Shown one piece after another: positions 27,635-36,342 of a stretch of 56,716 nucleotides of DNA; positions within the stretch are counted from its first letter, which is position 1; every line of letters starts with the position of its first letter. The translations under genes and the position numbers were made by a program. This stretch comes from a virus. Taxonomy: Duplodnaviria; Caudoviricetes. The notes beneath the pieces are model-generated. The model was not told where the DNA came from and ran no database searches. It worked only from the letters and a program-made list of their open reading frames with translations. The stretch spans positions 1 through 56,716 of IMG/VR virus record IMGVR_UViG_3300010403_000026; one strand, 5' to 3'.

Positions 27635-28357
27635 CTAGTCGGACTCCTTGCGAAAAGCCCAAAAGTTGCTGATGATGGTCGGGGCCTCCTCGTTGGGCAC
27701 GACGGCGACCTCGAAGCCGGACTTCTCAAGCTTCCGGCAGAACGCTTCCGAGTTCCATTCCCACGGAACCAGTTTACGGATAAAGGCGGTGTGGAGTTCA
27801 CCGCAGATCACCCGGCACTTCCTCAACTGTTTGGGAGAAGCCGTCATGACGGCCGCGTACTCCGACCCCTCGCAGTCCAGTTTCAACAGGCGAACTTCTT
27901 TGTGCCTTGAGAGTATCTGGTCCAGTCCCTTGCTGGGGATCGGCTGTCCGGAGGTGTGGAGCGTGATCCCCATCGCGGTCAACCCGTTGCTGACCCGTGC
28001 GATCTTGAGGTTTTCCTTCCGGTCTGAGCGTCCCACCGCATGGGGGTAAAGCTCGACCTTCCGGTGCTTGAGGTTCTTTTCCAATAGCTCGAAGTTGTCC
28101 GGGTCTGGTTCGTAGCACTCGACCCGGCGCGCCCCGCGCGCCAGACAGGCCATCGTGAAGAACCCGATATTGGCCCCGATGTCGATGACGAGGTCGGTCT
28201 TCAGGAATCGGTCGGGGAGCCGGTATTCGTTTTCGCAGACGACGTGATCGTAAACGACCCCATCCTGGGAGTAGAGGCGGGCGTAATAGGCTGCGCCTTG
28301 GAGGTCGCGCAGTTCCGCGCCGGCATGGCAGAGAGTGACTTGGGGCGATGGAAGCAT
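27635..28357 (-). CDS. FkbM-family methyltransferase
   Basis: VIDIGANIG, YEP, LKLDCEGSE, GELH. Confidence 0.9.
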   Translation of the reverse strand: MLPSPQVTLCHAGAELRDLQGAAYYARLYSQDGVVYDHVVCENEYRLPDRFLKTDLVIDIGANIGFFTMACLARGARRVECYEPDPDNFELLEKNLKHRKVELYPHAVGRSDRKENLKIARVSNGLTAMGITLHTSGQPIPSKGLDQILSRHKEVRLLKLDCEGSEYAAVMTASPKQLRKCRVICGELHTAFIRKLVPWEWNSEAFCRKLEKSGFEVAVVPNEEAPTIISNFWAFRKESD

Positions 28358-28371
28358 AGGGCGAACTCAAA

Positions 28372-29028
28372 TCACCATGACAAAAACGTATCCACCAAAA
28401 TATCCGCGTTGGTCTCGCCGGTCGTGCGGGCGCTCAGCGCCAGACCGATCCTGTTGGCGATCATGTCGTACAGACCCGTGGTGTCGTAGGTGGTGACGCC
28501 GGAGGTAGCGGCGGTCAGGGACGTGTCACGGACCCCCACTCGTCCGGCCGTGGTCGCCCCGGAGGTGACGGCGGTCTGCGCCACGAGATGGGCGTTGAGG
28601 GCGATGCTGTTGGTGATGTCGCCCGCCATACTGGTCCGCATGATTGCCGGACCCTGCACGACGACGTAGAACAGGTCGCCGTTCCGCACCCCTGCGGGCG
28701 GAAGATACTCGTCAATCGGGAACCCACGGGTGGCGGCGGTGGCCACCAAACCGGAAGCGTACTGAGTCACCTTGCCAGCGGTGACTCCCAGGAGTGCGCA
28801 ATACTTCCCGAACAGGGTCGTGCCGGAGAGGTTCCGGACGATCCGACACTTCACCGGACGGCCGGTTCGTGTCGCGGCCACGCCAGCGGCGGAACGGGGG
28901 TCTTGGTCCTCGAAGATGTATTCCTTGCCTTCGAGGTTGATCCCGCCGAGGTTGTTCAAGTCAATCGTGCCATCGGTGTCGTGGTAGGTGGTCCCACGAG
29001 CGAAGGGTGCTTCTTCTTGTTTGGCCAT
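28372..29028 (-). CDS. Putative capsid decoration protein
   Basis: 218 aa, directly after the major capsid gene. Confidence 0.55.
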   Translation of the reverse strand: MAKQEEAPFARGTTYHDTDGTIDLNNLGGINLEGKEYIFEDQDPRSAAGVAATRTGRPVKCRIVRNLSGTTLFGKYCALLGVTAGKVTQYASGLVATAATRGFPIDEYLPPAGVRNGDLFYVVVQGPAIMRTSMAGDITNSIALNAHLVAQTAVTSGATTAGRVGVRDTSLTAATSGVTTYDTTGLYDMIANRIGLALSARTTGETNADILVDTFLSW

Positions 29029-29070
29029 CTAACGCAACTCCACGGGGCGATACTGGAAATCAAGTAAGAA

Positions 29071-30231
29071 TCACGCGCCGTCTCCGCCGATGTTTCGACC
29101 GACGAAGAAGTTGCGAGGGCTGGAGAACATCATGTTGCCGTAGAAGTCCACGGCGAACCGCCACGACTGACCGGCGATGTCGAAGTCCGGACCTTCGGGG
29201 ACGAACAGTTGTCCTTGGAGGCTGCGCAGCTCCATCTGGTTTGTGTTGAACCCGTAGACGGTGTTGGACGGGACGCCGTACTCGTAGGTGACTTCGCAGC
29301 CGTCGAAGTTGATGACATCCGTGAAGCCCAGTGACTTCAGGGAGTTCGGCTTGGCGTCCTGAACGACGATCCGTTCCTCGGTCTGGAGCAAGGCGAGGAA
29401 CTGCCGGTAATACTCGTCCGAGGTCAGCACCATGTCGATCTGACCCTTCTTGGACTTGTTCTTTCCGGCCTTGATGAGACCGTAGCGGATGATCTCCATC
29501 CCACGGGCCGCGAAGGTCGCGGTGGCGGATGCCCATCCACCGGACGCCGCCGCCAAGGTGGAGGTAATGTCCATGATGAGCGGTGAGTAGAAGTCGTATT
29601 CGGCGGACCCGGAACCCGAAGGCCACGGCCCTGCGGAACCCAAGGCGGGAGACCACGTTCCACCGTAGTCACCAAGCCCCGTCGTGATACCCGCGTAGGT
29701 ATCCGAGGGGGCGTAGAGTGGCGTGCCGATGATTTCGCCTGCGGCCGAGATGCCGGTCCCCAGCGCGGAGGTGGCGCGTCCGAGGAAGCTCTCGATGCCG
29801 TGGATGCGCTTGTCGTTGCCGGAGGCGTTGCCGTCAACGTAGAACTCGTCGCCGAAGTTGTCCTCGATGTCGTCCATCATCATCTCGGTCAGGGACGTGA
29901 ACCGATTGACGATGGCCTCCGTCGAGGCGTTCATCAGCTTTTCTTTCTTGGTCACGGAGTCCGGGATCGCGTAACCGCGCCAGTCGAGGTTGGCTTTCTT
30001 GTGGCGGTTGACGCGCGCGAAGGTCAGGGTGTCGGCGTCGGCCATTCCCTGTAAAGCTGCGCGACGGAAGCGGACGCGCCATTCGACTTGATCGCCGGAC
30101 CAGTTATAGGAAACCCGGCCTTTGGATTGGAGTTTGGCGAGAATCTTGCGATTCCGCATGACCTCTTCTTCCACCTCCCGGATGTACTTTCGGATGGTGG
30201 TGTTGAGAATCCCTTGCCATTCAGCAGGCAT
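29071..30231 (-). CDS. Major capsid protein
   Basis: 386 aa after scaffold; YVDG, IHGIES, F.G..V..E..VP, FYGN....PR pattern. Confidence 0.8.
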   Translation of the reverse strand: MPAEWQGILNTTIRKYIREVEEEVMRNRKILAKLQSKGRVSYNWSGDQVEWRVRFRRAALQGMADADTLTFARVNRHKKANLDWRGYAIPDSVTKKEKLMNASTEAIVNRFTSLTEMMMDDIEDNFGDEFYVDGNASGNDKRIHGIESFLGRATSALGTGISAAGEIIGTPLYAPSDTYAGITTGLGDYGGTWSPALGSAGPWPSGSGSAEYDFYSPLIMDITSTLAAASGGWASATATFAARGMEIIRYGLIKAGKNKSKKGQIDMVLTSDEYYRQFLALLQTEERIVVQDAKPNSLKSLGFTDVINFDGCEVTYEYGVPSNTVYGFNTNQMELRSLQGQLFVPEGPDFDIAGQSWRFAVDFYGNMMFSSPRNFFVGRNIGGDGA

Positions 30232-30277
30232 GGATGCCCCTTAAAAGCCGCCGCTTGGCACGTAACGGTGGCGGTTT

Positions 30278-30508
30278 TCAAGTTTTCCTTGAGCGAATCT
30301 TCTTTGCCTGAGCGATGGTGGTATTCATCGCCTCGACAAATGCGACAGCCTCTTGGGGCGTTAAGAGGAGATCGGGCACCGGCTTTCCAAACAGCACGAT
30401 GATGCTGCCATCTTGCGTTAAACCAAAACGGAATTCAAGCCTTTCTGGTGAAATGGGCGTTTTTTCCAAAATCTTGAACTCCATCTGGCGCGTGAGGTAG
30501 TACCTCAT
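30278..30508 (-). CDS. Hypothetical protein
   Basis: Open frame between scaffold and capsid genes; start uncertain (30508 or 30529). Confidence 0.55.
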   Translation of the reverse strand: MRYYLTRQMEFKILEKTPISPERLEFRFGLTQDGSIIVLFGKPVPDLLLTPQEAVAFVEAMNTTIAQAKKIRSRKT

Positions 30509-30533
30509 TCTGATCTTCGCCTGTTCGATTTCG

Positions 30534-30728
30534 TCACCCTTCGATGGGCGCGAACAGGAGCCGGAACAGCCCGTCCGTGAGGACCACCGGGGTCTGGTGA
30601 TCGACGTAAACAATCCAGTCGCCCACTTGAGCGCCTTTCGGAGCATCGGGAGCGTCCTTGACCCGGCAGGCCCGCACGACCTGGTTGCTTCTCATGAAGC
30701 GCGGCATGTCATTGTAGTCCACGATCAC
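30534..30728 (-). CDS. Small protein with GDWIV motif
   Basis: 64 aa, GTGA overlap. Confidence 0.6.
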   Translation of the reverse strand: MIVDYNDMPRFMRSNQVVRACRVKDAPDAPKGAQVGDWIVYVDHQTPVVLTDGLFRLLFAPIEG

Positions 30729-31768
30729 CTCGTCTTGAACACGTCGTCATTGATGCCGTTTTCCTTCGCGGCCGTCATCAGGCGCTCCTTGAGGGAAGTC
30801 CCCTTCGGGAATTCACCCACGGCGGCTTGCCTCTGAGCGTTGTTCCCCAGACCGGCGATCCGGTTGACCCCCGGTTTCGTCGTTGTGGTTTGCTGGGTGG
30901 TCGCTCCCTGAGCGCCTTTCTCCTGCTCGTACCGTGCGCGCCACAAATCCCCCTCCGTGCAGCGCTCCGCGTACTCCTGCTGGGCCGCGATGTCGCGGAT
31001 TCCCAGTTGTTCGGCCTTTTGAACGTAGGAGGCGAAGATACGACCCGTGGGGGAGAATACCCGCTCACCTTTATGGTCGGTTTTGATGGCCCCGTTGGCG
31101 TCTTTCTCGAAGAGCCACGATGAATTCTGCTGCACGTAGCTCTGCGCAGCCTGCGCGGCCTGGAAACCACCCAGTTTCTTGTCCAGAAGCTCCTCAAGGA
31201 TCGGAACCAGGCTGTTTTTAAGCCCCGGTTCGAGCATTTTCAGGGGGTCTTGGGTGAACTGGTTGATCTTGTCCCTCTGAAACTCCCGATAGGCAGCGAG
31301 TTTCTGAGGAATCGTCGGGTCAAACCCCGGTTTTGCCAGTCCGGTCTGAGGATCAATGGCTTTTTCCCACGAAGGATCGAATGGTGGAGGGGTCCACCAC
31401 GAGGATTGGGCCTTCTGGGACTCCTCTTTGGCCCGTTTCTCTTTATCGGCGAGCCATTGGTCGAATTCCGAGGCGTGAGGGGCGTAGCGGTCCGCCAGTT
31501 GAGCCTTCTGGGCGTACTGAGCGGTCTGTCGCGCCACGTCCACGAGCTGACGGAGGGCGGTCTCATCGTTCTCCCACGTCTTTTCCAAATCCGGCTGGCC
31601 GAATTCCTTGGCGAGAAAAGACCGCGCCGAGAAGGGGGTCGGCTGAGGCGCTGGAGCGCTCGCCGTTTGCGCCGCCATCTCGGACGCGCTCTGCGGTTGA
31701 GGACTTGGTGCTGGTGTTTGTTGTGCCGGAGTGGTGGTCTGTTGGCCGTTCTGAATTTCATCGGGCAT
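30725..31768 (-). CDS. Putative scaffolding protein
   Basis: 347 aa, disordered N-terminus, helical, upstream of capsid; AAAGGAG. Confidence 0.65.
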   Translation of the reverse strand: MPDEIQNGQQTTTPAQQTPAPSPQPQSASEMAAQTASAPAPQPTPFSARSFLAKEFGQPDLEKTWENDETALRQLVDVARQTAQYAQKAQLADRYAPHASEFDQWLADKEKRAKEESQKAQSSWWTPPPFDPSWEKAIDPQTGLAKPGFDPTIPQKLAAYREFQRDKINQFTQDPLKMLEPGLKNSLVPILEELLDKKLGGFQAAQAAQSYVQQNSSWLFEKDANGAIKTDHKGERVFSPTGRIFASYVQKAEQLGIRDIAAQQEYAERCTEGDLWRARYEQEKGAQGATTQQTTTTKPGVNRIAGLGNNAQRQAAVGEFPKGTSLKERLMTAAKENGINDDVFKTR

Positions 31769-31822
31769 GTTGGTCTCCTTTGCTCTCCATCATGGGGAAC
31801 TCACGAGAAAAAGGCAATGCAA

Positions 31823-32098
31823 TTACTCGCTACGGCCCTCATCGCACTCCGTGATCGTCAGCCCCCAGTTGTCCATGCACTTCCGACAAGCGGGTCTTCC
31901 ACCACCGACTTTGAGGCAGAACTGGCAGAGCGACTTCCTCAATCCAAGGAGGCCGATCTCACGATTGCACGTTCCCCTCAGCCACTCGGAAAGTTCAAGA
32001 CCCTTGGAGCGCGCGGCTTCCACCCACGCCAGTTTCTCGACGTGGGTGATCCGGATTTCCAAGCGCTTGTCTTTCTGTCCGAGGATGACCTGTTCCAT
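31823..32098 (-). CDS. Ribbon-helix-helix regulator with C-terminal Cys4 motif
   Basis: RLEIRI..EK..W..AA...GL.LSEWLR; CQFC...CRKC. Confidence 0.7.
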   Translation of the reverse strand: MEQVILGQKDKRLEIRITHVEKLAWVEAARSKGLELSEWLRGTCNREIGLLGLRKSLCQFCLKVGGGRPACRKCMDNWGLTITECDEGRSE

Positions 32099-32107
32099 GC
32101 TTTCGTC

Positions 32108-32299
32108 CTAGAGCCGGATGTGGATGTTGGTCAGGCGGTTTGGTCCATTGATGGGGATGTTGAGATCGATGCCATCGAAATGGTCGTCGTAGATGAAGAG
32201 TTCCCGGTGCCAGTTTGAGGAAGGGATGCCGAAGATGGTGATGATCTGAACGTGGATGGCAGGGACTTCACGTTCCTCAAGGCGCTCAAGAGACAGCAT
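32108..32299 (-). CDS. 63-aa peptide starting with a Planctomycete export-type motif
   Basis: MLSLERLEEREVPA; GGAG upstream. Confidence 0.6.
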   Translation of the reverse strand: MLSLERLEEREVPAIHVQIITIFGIPSSNWHRELFIYDDHFDGIDLNIPINGPNRLTNIHIRL

Positions 32300-32735
32300 G
32301 CTTCTCTCCGTGTTGACAGACTTCGCCCATCCGCTCCGGGGCGATCAGAGAATGGCAACCATTGCAGTGCCACTTGTTGCCGATGACCGTTCCTCCCTGC
32401 CCGTAGTGCGAGCGGTCGATGACGAGTTCGTGCAGGTCTCGAACGGCTTTCCCAAAAGCCACCTCGGATTTCGAGAGTGGCCGGTAGTTCTCCAGCAGGG
32501 CCGCGACAGCCGCTTCAAGCGAGAGCGACTCGTGGACGAAGAACTCAGCTTCGCACCAAGGAGTCGAGCGGTAGAACGAGCTTTTGTATCGTGGTCTGGC
32601 ACACAGGTTTAACGGAAGGTCTGGCGGGTCATTCGACGGAAGAGGCTCGTGAACCTGCATAAGTCCACCGCGAGCATTATCGGCTTCCCTTCTTTGGCCG
32701 TCCCACGGACCACCAACGAACAAGTAAAGTCTCAT
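32286..32735 (-). CDS. Hypothetical protein, GGPxDG family
   Basis: MRLYLFVGGPWDG; GGAG upstream. Confidence 0.65.
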   Translation of the reverse strand: MRLYLFVGGPWDGQRREADNARGGLMQVHEPLPSNDPPDLPLNLCARPRYKSSFYRSTPWCEAEFFVHESLSLEAAVAALLENYRPLSKSEVAFGKAVRDLHELVIDRSHYGQGGTVIGNKWHCNGCHSLIAPERMGEVCQHGEKHAVS

Positions 32736-32867
32736 TTTTCAACTCCGTAGTGATGGCTCACTGTTGCCCAGACTCCATTCTTCCAGCAATGCGTCCGCCT
32801 TATCTCGTTGCAATGCACCTTGCTCTCGCGTGCCGACGAGTTGAATCCGGACTTCTTTGATTGCCGT

Positions 32868-33065
32868 CTAGGCTTGTTTTTGCTCTTCACCGTCAGCCTC
32901 CAGTTGCCCCAGTTTCTTTTTGGCCTCTTCCTCAGTGGCGCACCGGGCCTCAATTGTCGAACGATTCATAGCAATGACGTTGCCGACTCTCGAATACTGA
33001 CCGCCACCGGAAATAAGAAACCACGAACCGTCAGGCTGAGGACAAATCCGCAGGTTTTTCTTCAT
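32868..33065 (-). CDS. Hypothetical protein (MKKNLRIC...), possibly nonsense-truncated
   Basis: ATG lies in the repeat; the same frame continues ~42 codons past the TAG. Confidence 0.5.
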   Translation of the reverse strand: MKKNLRICPQPDGSWFLISGGGQYSRVGNVIAMNRSTIEARCATEEEAKKKLGQLEADGEEQKQA

Positions 33066-33093
33066 TTGGGACCACCAACGAACAAATAAACGC

Positions 33094-33294
33094 TCATATC
33101 GGCACCAGTCCTTTGAAAACACCAACCACCTTCTCGCCGCGCATCTCCCACTCGTAGACCGCTTTCAGCCAGTCCTCTGGGGCCTGCCACTCGCTCCGAG
33201 CCACCGCGTGCTCGTAACGAATGGCCACAAACTCCACGATCTTGCCGTCGAACGGGCCACCAATCAGCTCAGCGTGCTCAATCTGCGTCGTCAT
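33094..33294 (-). CDS. Hypothetical protein, GGPxDG family
   Basis: AELIGGPFDG; ATG lies in the repeat. Confidence 0.65.
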   Translation of the reverse strand: MTTQIEHAELIGGPFDGKIVEFVAIRYEHAVARSEWQAPEDWLKAVYEWEMRGEKVVGVFKGLVPI

Positions 33295-33325
33295 TTGGGA
33301 CCACCAACGAAAAGGTACTCAGCAA

Positions 33326-33547
33326 TCACTCGTCCTTGACTTGAAAGAACTTCTCCGGAGTCCGACCGGAGAGCCACTCCAGAACCCCATCTCCATCCGT
33401 GACGCCTTTCCGTTCCCCAATATGACCGGGACCGATCACCGTTGACTCGTAGCACGCCCACCCGAACAGACACTCTTTTGCGGCCCGATAAGGATGGGCC
33501 TTGCTGACAAACACGCCATCTTTGTGCCAGCACTCGACCCCATCCAT
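33326..33547 (-). CDS. Hypothetical protein
   Basis: TGATG coupling to the upstream gene. Confidence 0.55.
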   Translation of the reverse strand: MDGVECWHKDGVFVSKAHPYRAAKECLFGWACYESTVIGPGHIGERKGVTDGDGVLEWLSGRTPEKFFQVKDE

Positions 33548-33966
33548 CACTTGTCCTCCATAGCTTCCACGTCGAACGCATCGAGCGCTGACTTGGCGTT
33601 CGCCTTCCGACAGGCATCGCAAGACGGACGGCCCTTCCGAGTGCAGCTTTGGCAGAGCTTCCCCTTCTTGGCCACGGGCCTTGGAGGAGAGGGTTTGCCC
33701 AGCACCTCGATGGTGTCCTTGAAGCCACCGTGGACAGACCCGACAGACTCCAAGTCCGACTCGACTGCCGATTCCCTGATGGCAATCGGGTTAGGAGCCT
33801 CGACGCCACGGTACTGAAGCATCTCCTCAGCGGACGGAAGCGTCACGTCCCGATTCGCCTGCCGCCTCACCCACTCCGAGAGCTTCAAGCCTGAGTCCGC
33901 CGCCCGGCGCTGCCACTCCGCCTTCTCCTCATCGGAAATCCTGATCTTAATCTCACTGCCCTTCAT
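33547..33966 (-). CDS. Ribbon-helix-helix regulator with Cys4 motif, paralogue of 31823
   Basis: EIKIRISDEEKAEWQRRAADSGLKLSEWVR; CQSC..CDAC; AAGGAGG. Confidence 0.75.
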   Translation of the reverse strand: MKGSEIKIRISDEEKAEWQRRAADSGLKLSEWVRRQANRDVTLPSAEEMLQYRGVEAPNPIAIRESAVESDLESVGSVHGGFKDTIEVLGKPSPPRPVAKKGKLCQSCTRKGRPSCDACRKANAKSALDAFDVEAMEDK

Positions 33967-33975
33967 ACTCCCTCC

Positions 33976-34048
33976 TTGTGGGAACAATATCCATTGTGGG
34001 AACAAAAGTCAACCACCATTGTGGGAACAATGCCATGACGTTCCCACA
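33976..34048 (-). promoter_or_regulatory. Leftward promoter with repeated operator boxes
   Basis: TTGACT(34007-12)-17 nt-TATTGT(33984-89); TTGTGGGAACAA at 33976, 33994 and 34019, inverted 9-mer at 34040. Confidence 0.8.
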
Positions 34049-34303
34049 GTCCAATTTCCCGGATATGTGAAAAATTCCGGGGGGAACTGGTACTCCACTC
34101 CCAGCCTCCGCCTGGGGGCCATCCGGGTGTCTGGAGACTGGGAAACAGAGCATCGCGCGCGTGCACGCGCAGGCGAAATCGTTTGTTTTCTTGCGTGAAT
34201 TGCAGTAAAGATGCGAGGAAACGGAGCTGGCAAGATGGACAAACGTTGCGCGGGCCGGTTGTTTGTCCGTACACTCCGTTCGTTCCCTTGCTACAATCCC
34301 TCT

Positions 34304-34531
34304 ATGGCGATTGCCCCACACTCTCGTTTGTGTGTCGACTCCCCTCTAACTCAATTGAGGCTTAGGCGTGGATTAACTCAAGATGACCTTGCGAAAATGA
34401 TTGGTGCATCCCGTCGCACTGTGATTCGTTATGAATCCGGTCAGCATGCGCCCACCCGTCGCAAGATTGCTCTCCTCGCGGCAGCGCTCCGCGTCTCCCG
34501 TTCTACCCTCGCAAGCCGAATTTTTGCTTAA
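34304..34531 (+). CDS. XRE/Cro-like HTH regulator
   Basis: LRLRRGLTQDDLAKMIGASRRTVIRYESG; TGcTACAAT 6 nt before ATG. Confidence 0.85.
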   Translation: MAIAPHSRLCVDSPLTQLRLRRGLTQDDLAKMIGASRRTVIRYESGQHAPTRRKIALLAAALRVSRSTLASRIFA

Positions 34532-34829
34532 TCAACCGTATCACAACGCTAATACACTGAATTTTCAAAATAATTCTATCTCTTATCCGATATAGAGTTA
34601 CGTCAATTCCTTTGTTCACTACTCTGTACACTAACCGATATGGCCGATACGATGGGTTTAGCCTGAAAACGTGGGAATAGCTTGCACCTAGTAGACGCGC
34701 AACCATTTCCTATAGGGTAGAGGGACTTCGTGACAGTTTATGACAAGAGGATTCACCGATGATCGTCGCACTCGCAGTTTTGGGCATCGTTTCGCTTCTA
34801 TCCGCGTTCCTTGTCTGGGGGAATTGAAC

Positions 34830-35048
34830 ATGACGATTCAAGAAATGGCATCGAAGTATGGTTTTGAGCTGTTCTATTCGTGCGGTGGTCATGGCGGACC
34901 CTATTGGACGTTTGAAGAGGCGCAATCGGCCGCACGTGCGAAGCTTCGCGGAATGCCAACAATGCAAGCCGTTTCCATCGTGGAACGGACCCCGTACGGC
35001 ATCGGTGGATATGGCATGATCGTGGAAAAAATCAAGCAAGGGGAATGA
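34830..35048 (+). CDS. Hypothetical early protein
   Basis: Shine-Dalgarno plus ATG; GGHGGPY. Confidence 0.55.
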   Translation: MTIQEMASKYGFELFYSCGGHGGPYWTFEEAQSAARAKLRGMPTMQAVSIVERTPYGIGGYGMIVEKIKQGE

Positions 35049-35051
35049 CCT

Positions 35052-35354
35052 ATGTTCGGATTACTTTCCGCTGTTGCGGTCGGAGCGGGTCTAGGCTATG
35101 CCAAGCGCACCGTTGCCCAGCTCCGAGAGGATGAGAAGCGCAATCGGGACAACGCAAGGGAACTAGCCCGAATGAACCGCGCTTACGTCAAGGAACTGGG
35201 GTCACTTCGTGTGCTCCATGTGCTCTTGAAGCGCCCGGTGAATGATGATGTACGGGCCGAGCTGCAAACGAAATACGCTCGGCATGAGCTGCGCGCCCGC
35301 ATCCTGGCGGGACAAATCAGTGAGCTATCCGTTCCAGTGGTCTATCCGGTTTGA
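35052..35354 (+). CDS. Hypothetical protein with hydrophobic N-terminus
   Basis: 100 aa. Confidence 0.55.
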   Translation: MFGLLSAVAVGAGLGYAKRTVAQLREDEKRNRDNARELARMNRAYVKELGSLRVLHVLLKRPVNDDVRAELQTKYARHELRARILAGQISELSVPVVYPV

Positions 35355-35379
35355 ACACTATTTTTTGAGGGGAAATGCA

Positions 35380-35757
35380 ATGAAACCGCTCTGTATCCAA
35401 ACCGCCATTGATCGGATTCATACTGGCGAATCTGTTGATGCGGCTTGCAACTGGGTTTGGCAATGGCTCACCAGCGAAGATCGGAATAGCGTTGACGCCT
35501 ATCTGGTCGAAATTCAGCATTCCTTGGCATTTGAGGCAGGCACGCAAGAGGGCCGATACAAGGCAATCGTCCGTGAGTTAACCGCACAATGCCCAACATG
35601 CTGCCGTGCGCCCGAATCGCCACTTCGCCGATATGACAAGCGCGGCAAGGTAGTTGAGGGATGTGTTGACGGTTTCCATTCTGGCAAATTGGTCAGTCCG
35701 TCCGAATCTGCCCATTGGCATAACCGAAGGAAAGCAAAGCGATTCGCAAGCAACTAA
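35380..35757 (+). CDS. Hypothetical early protein
   Basis: GAGGGG Shine-Dalgarno. Confidence 0.55.
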   Translation: MKPLCIQTAIDRIHTGESVDAACNWVWQWLTSEDRNSVDAYLVEIQHSLAFEAGTQEGRYKAIVRELTAQCPTCCRAPESPLRRYDKRGKVVEGCVDGFHSGKLVSPSESAHWHNRRKAKRFASN

Positions 35758-35816
35758 ACCGTTTGGCGTGATTGTGTCCGCATTTACTCTTTTCACCAGC
35801 AACAGAGGGGGAAGCA

Positions 35817-36242
35817 ATGAAGAGCTATTGCGAGCGACAGGGCCAAACTGAGATTGGCGTGGTCGAGTTTGAGGGAAGAGAATTCCGCGCACTGGGCGCA
35901 TCGGTTCAAGGGAAGCGCGTTTCAGGCTATCTAGGGAAGCGCGACCAGCTCCAATCGTGGTGCGGCCGCACGATGATGGATTGCAGATCGGAGCGATTCG
36001 GCGAATACCGGACCGATTGCGACGACGACACTTTCGGCGTGGTCTACTTCCTGACGCGCGGCCGCGCTATCGTCGGCTATTGCCTAGGCGTGGGAATGCT
36101 CTTTCGCGGGGAACTGGTCGAGATTGAATCCCGCGAGGATGCTATCCGCCAGTGCGAAGCGGAATGTGAATACTGGCTCAATATCGACCACGACGATTAT
36201 GAGCGCGATCAAGCCGAACAAATGGCGGAAATCGACGCTTAG
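35817..36242 (+). CDS. Hypothetical early protein
   Basis: GAGGGGG Shine-Dalgarno. Confidence 0.6.
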   Translation: MKSYCERQGQTEIGVVEFEGREFRALGASVQGKRVSGYLGKRDQLQSWCGRTMMDCRSERFGEYRTDCDDDTFGVVYFLTRGRAIVGYCLGVGMLFRGELVEIESREDAIRQCEAECEYWLNIDHDDYERDQAEQMAEIDA

Positions 36243-36342
36243 CGCGTCTACGGGCCGATTGCGTGAAAGCGCGGCACTCGCAAGCCGCGCGGCCATTGCC
36301 CGATTGTGGGCGGATTCAGCAAACAAAAAGAGGGGAAAGAAC

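Larger units (their letters stand above)
32707..33329 (-). repeat. Three direct repeats encoding YLFVGGP
   Basis: Exact 21-mer TCATTTGGGACCACCAACGAA at 33062-33082 and 33291-33311; 32707-32735 matches 33069-33097 at 26/29. Confidence 0.9.

Noticed and set aside
28357-29071. A/T-rich codons at the ends of the decoration gene as cassette scars
   Set aside because: No stub or nuclease remnant; gene ends are often A/T-richer anyway
30243-30288. TGCCAAGCGGC shared with ~6222, and an imperfect hairpin before the capsid gene
   Set aside because: An 11-bp match in opposite orientation relative to transcription is compatible with chance; the hairpin is too imperfect to call
33976-34030. Short repeats as a CRISPR array or iterons
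   Set aside because: 12-bp units with 6- and 13-nt gaps overlapping a promoter fit operator sites better
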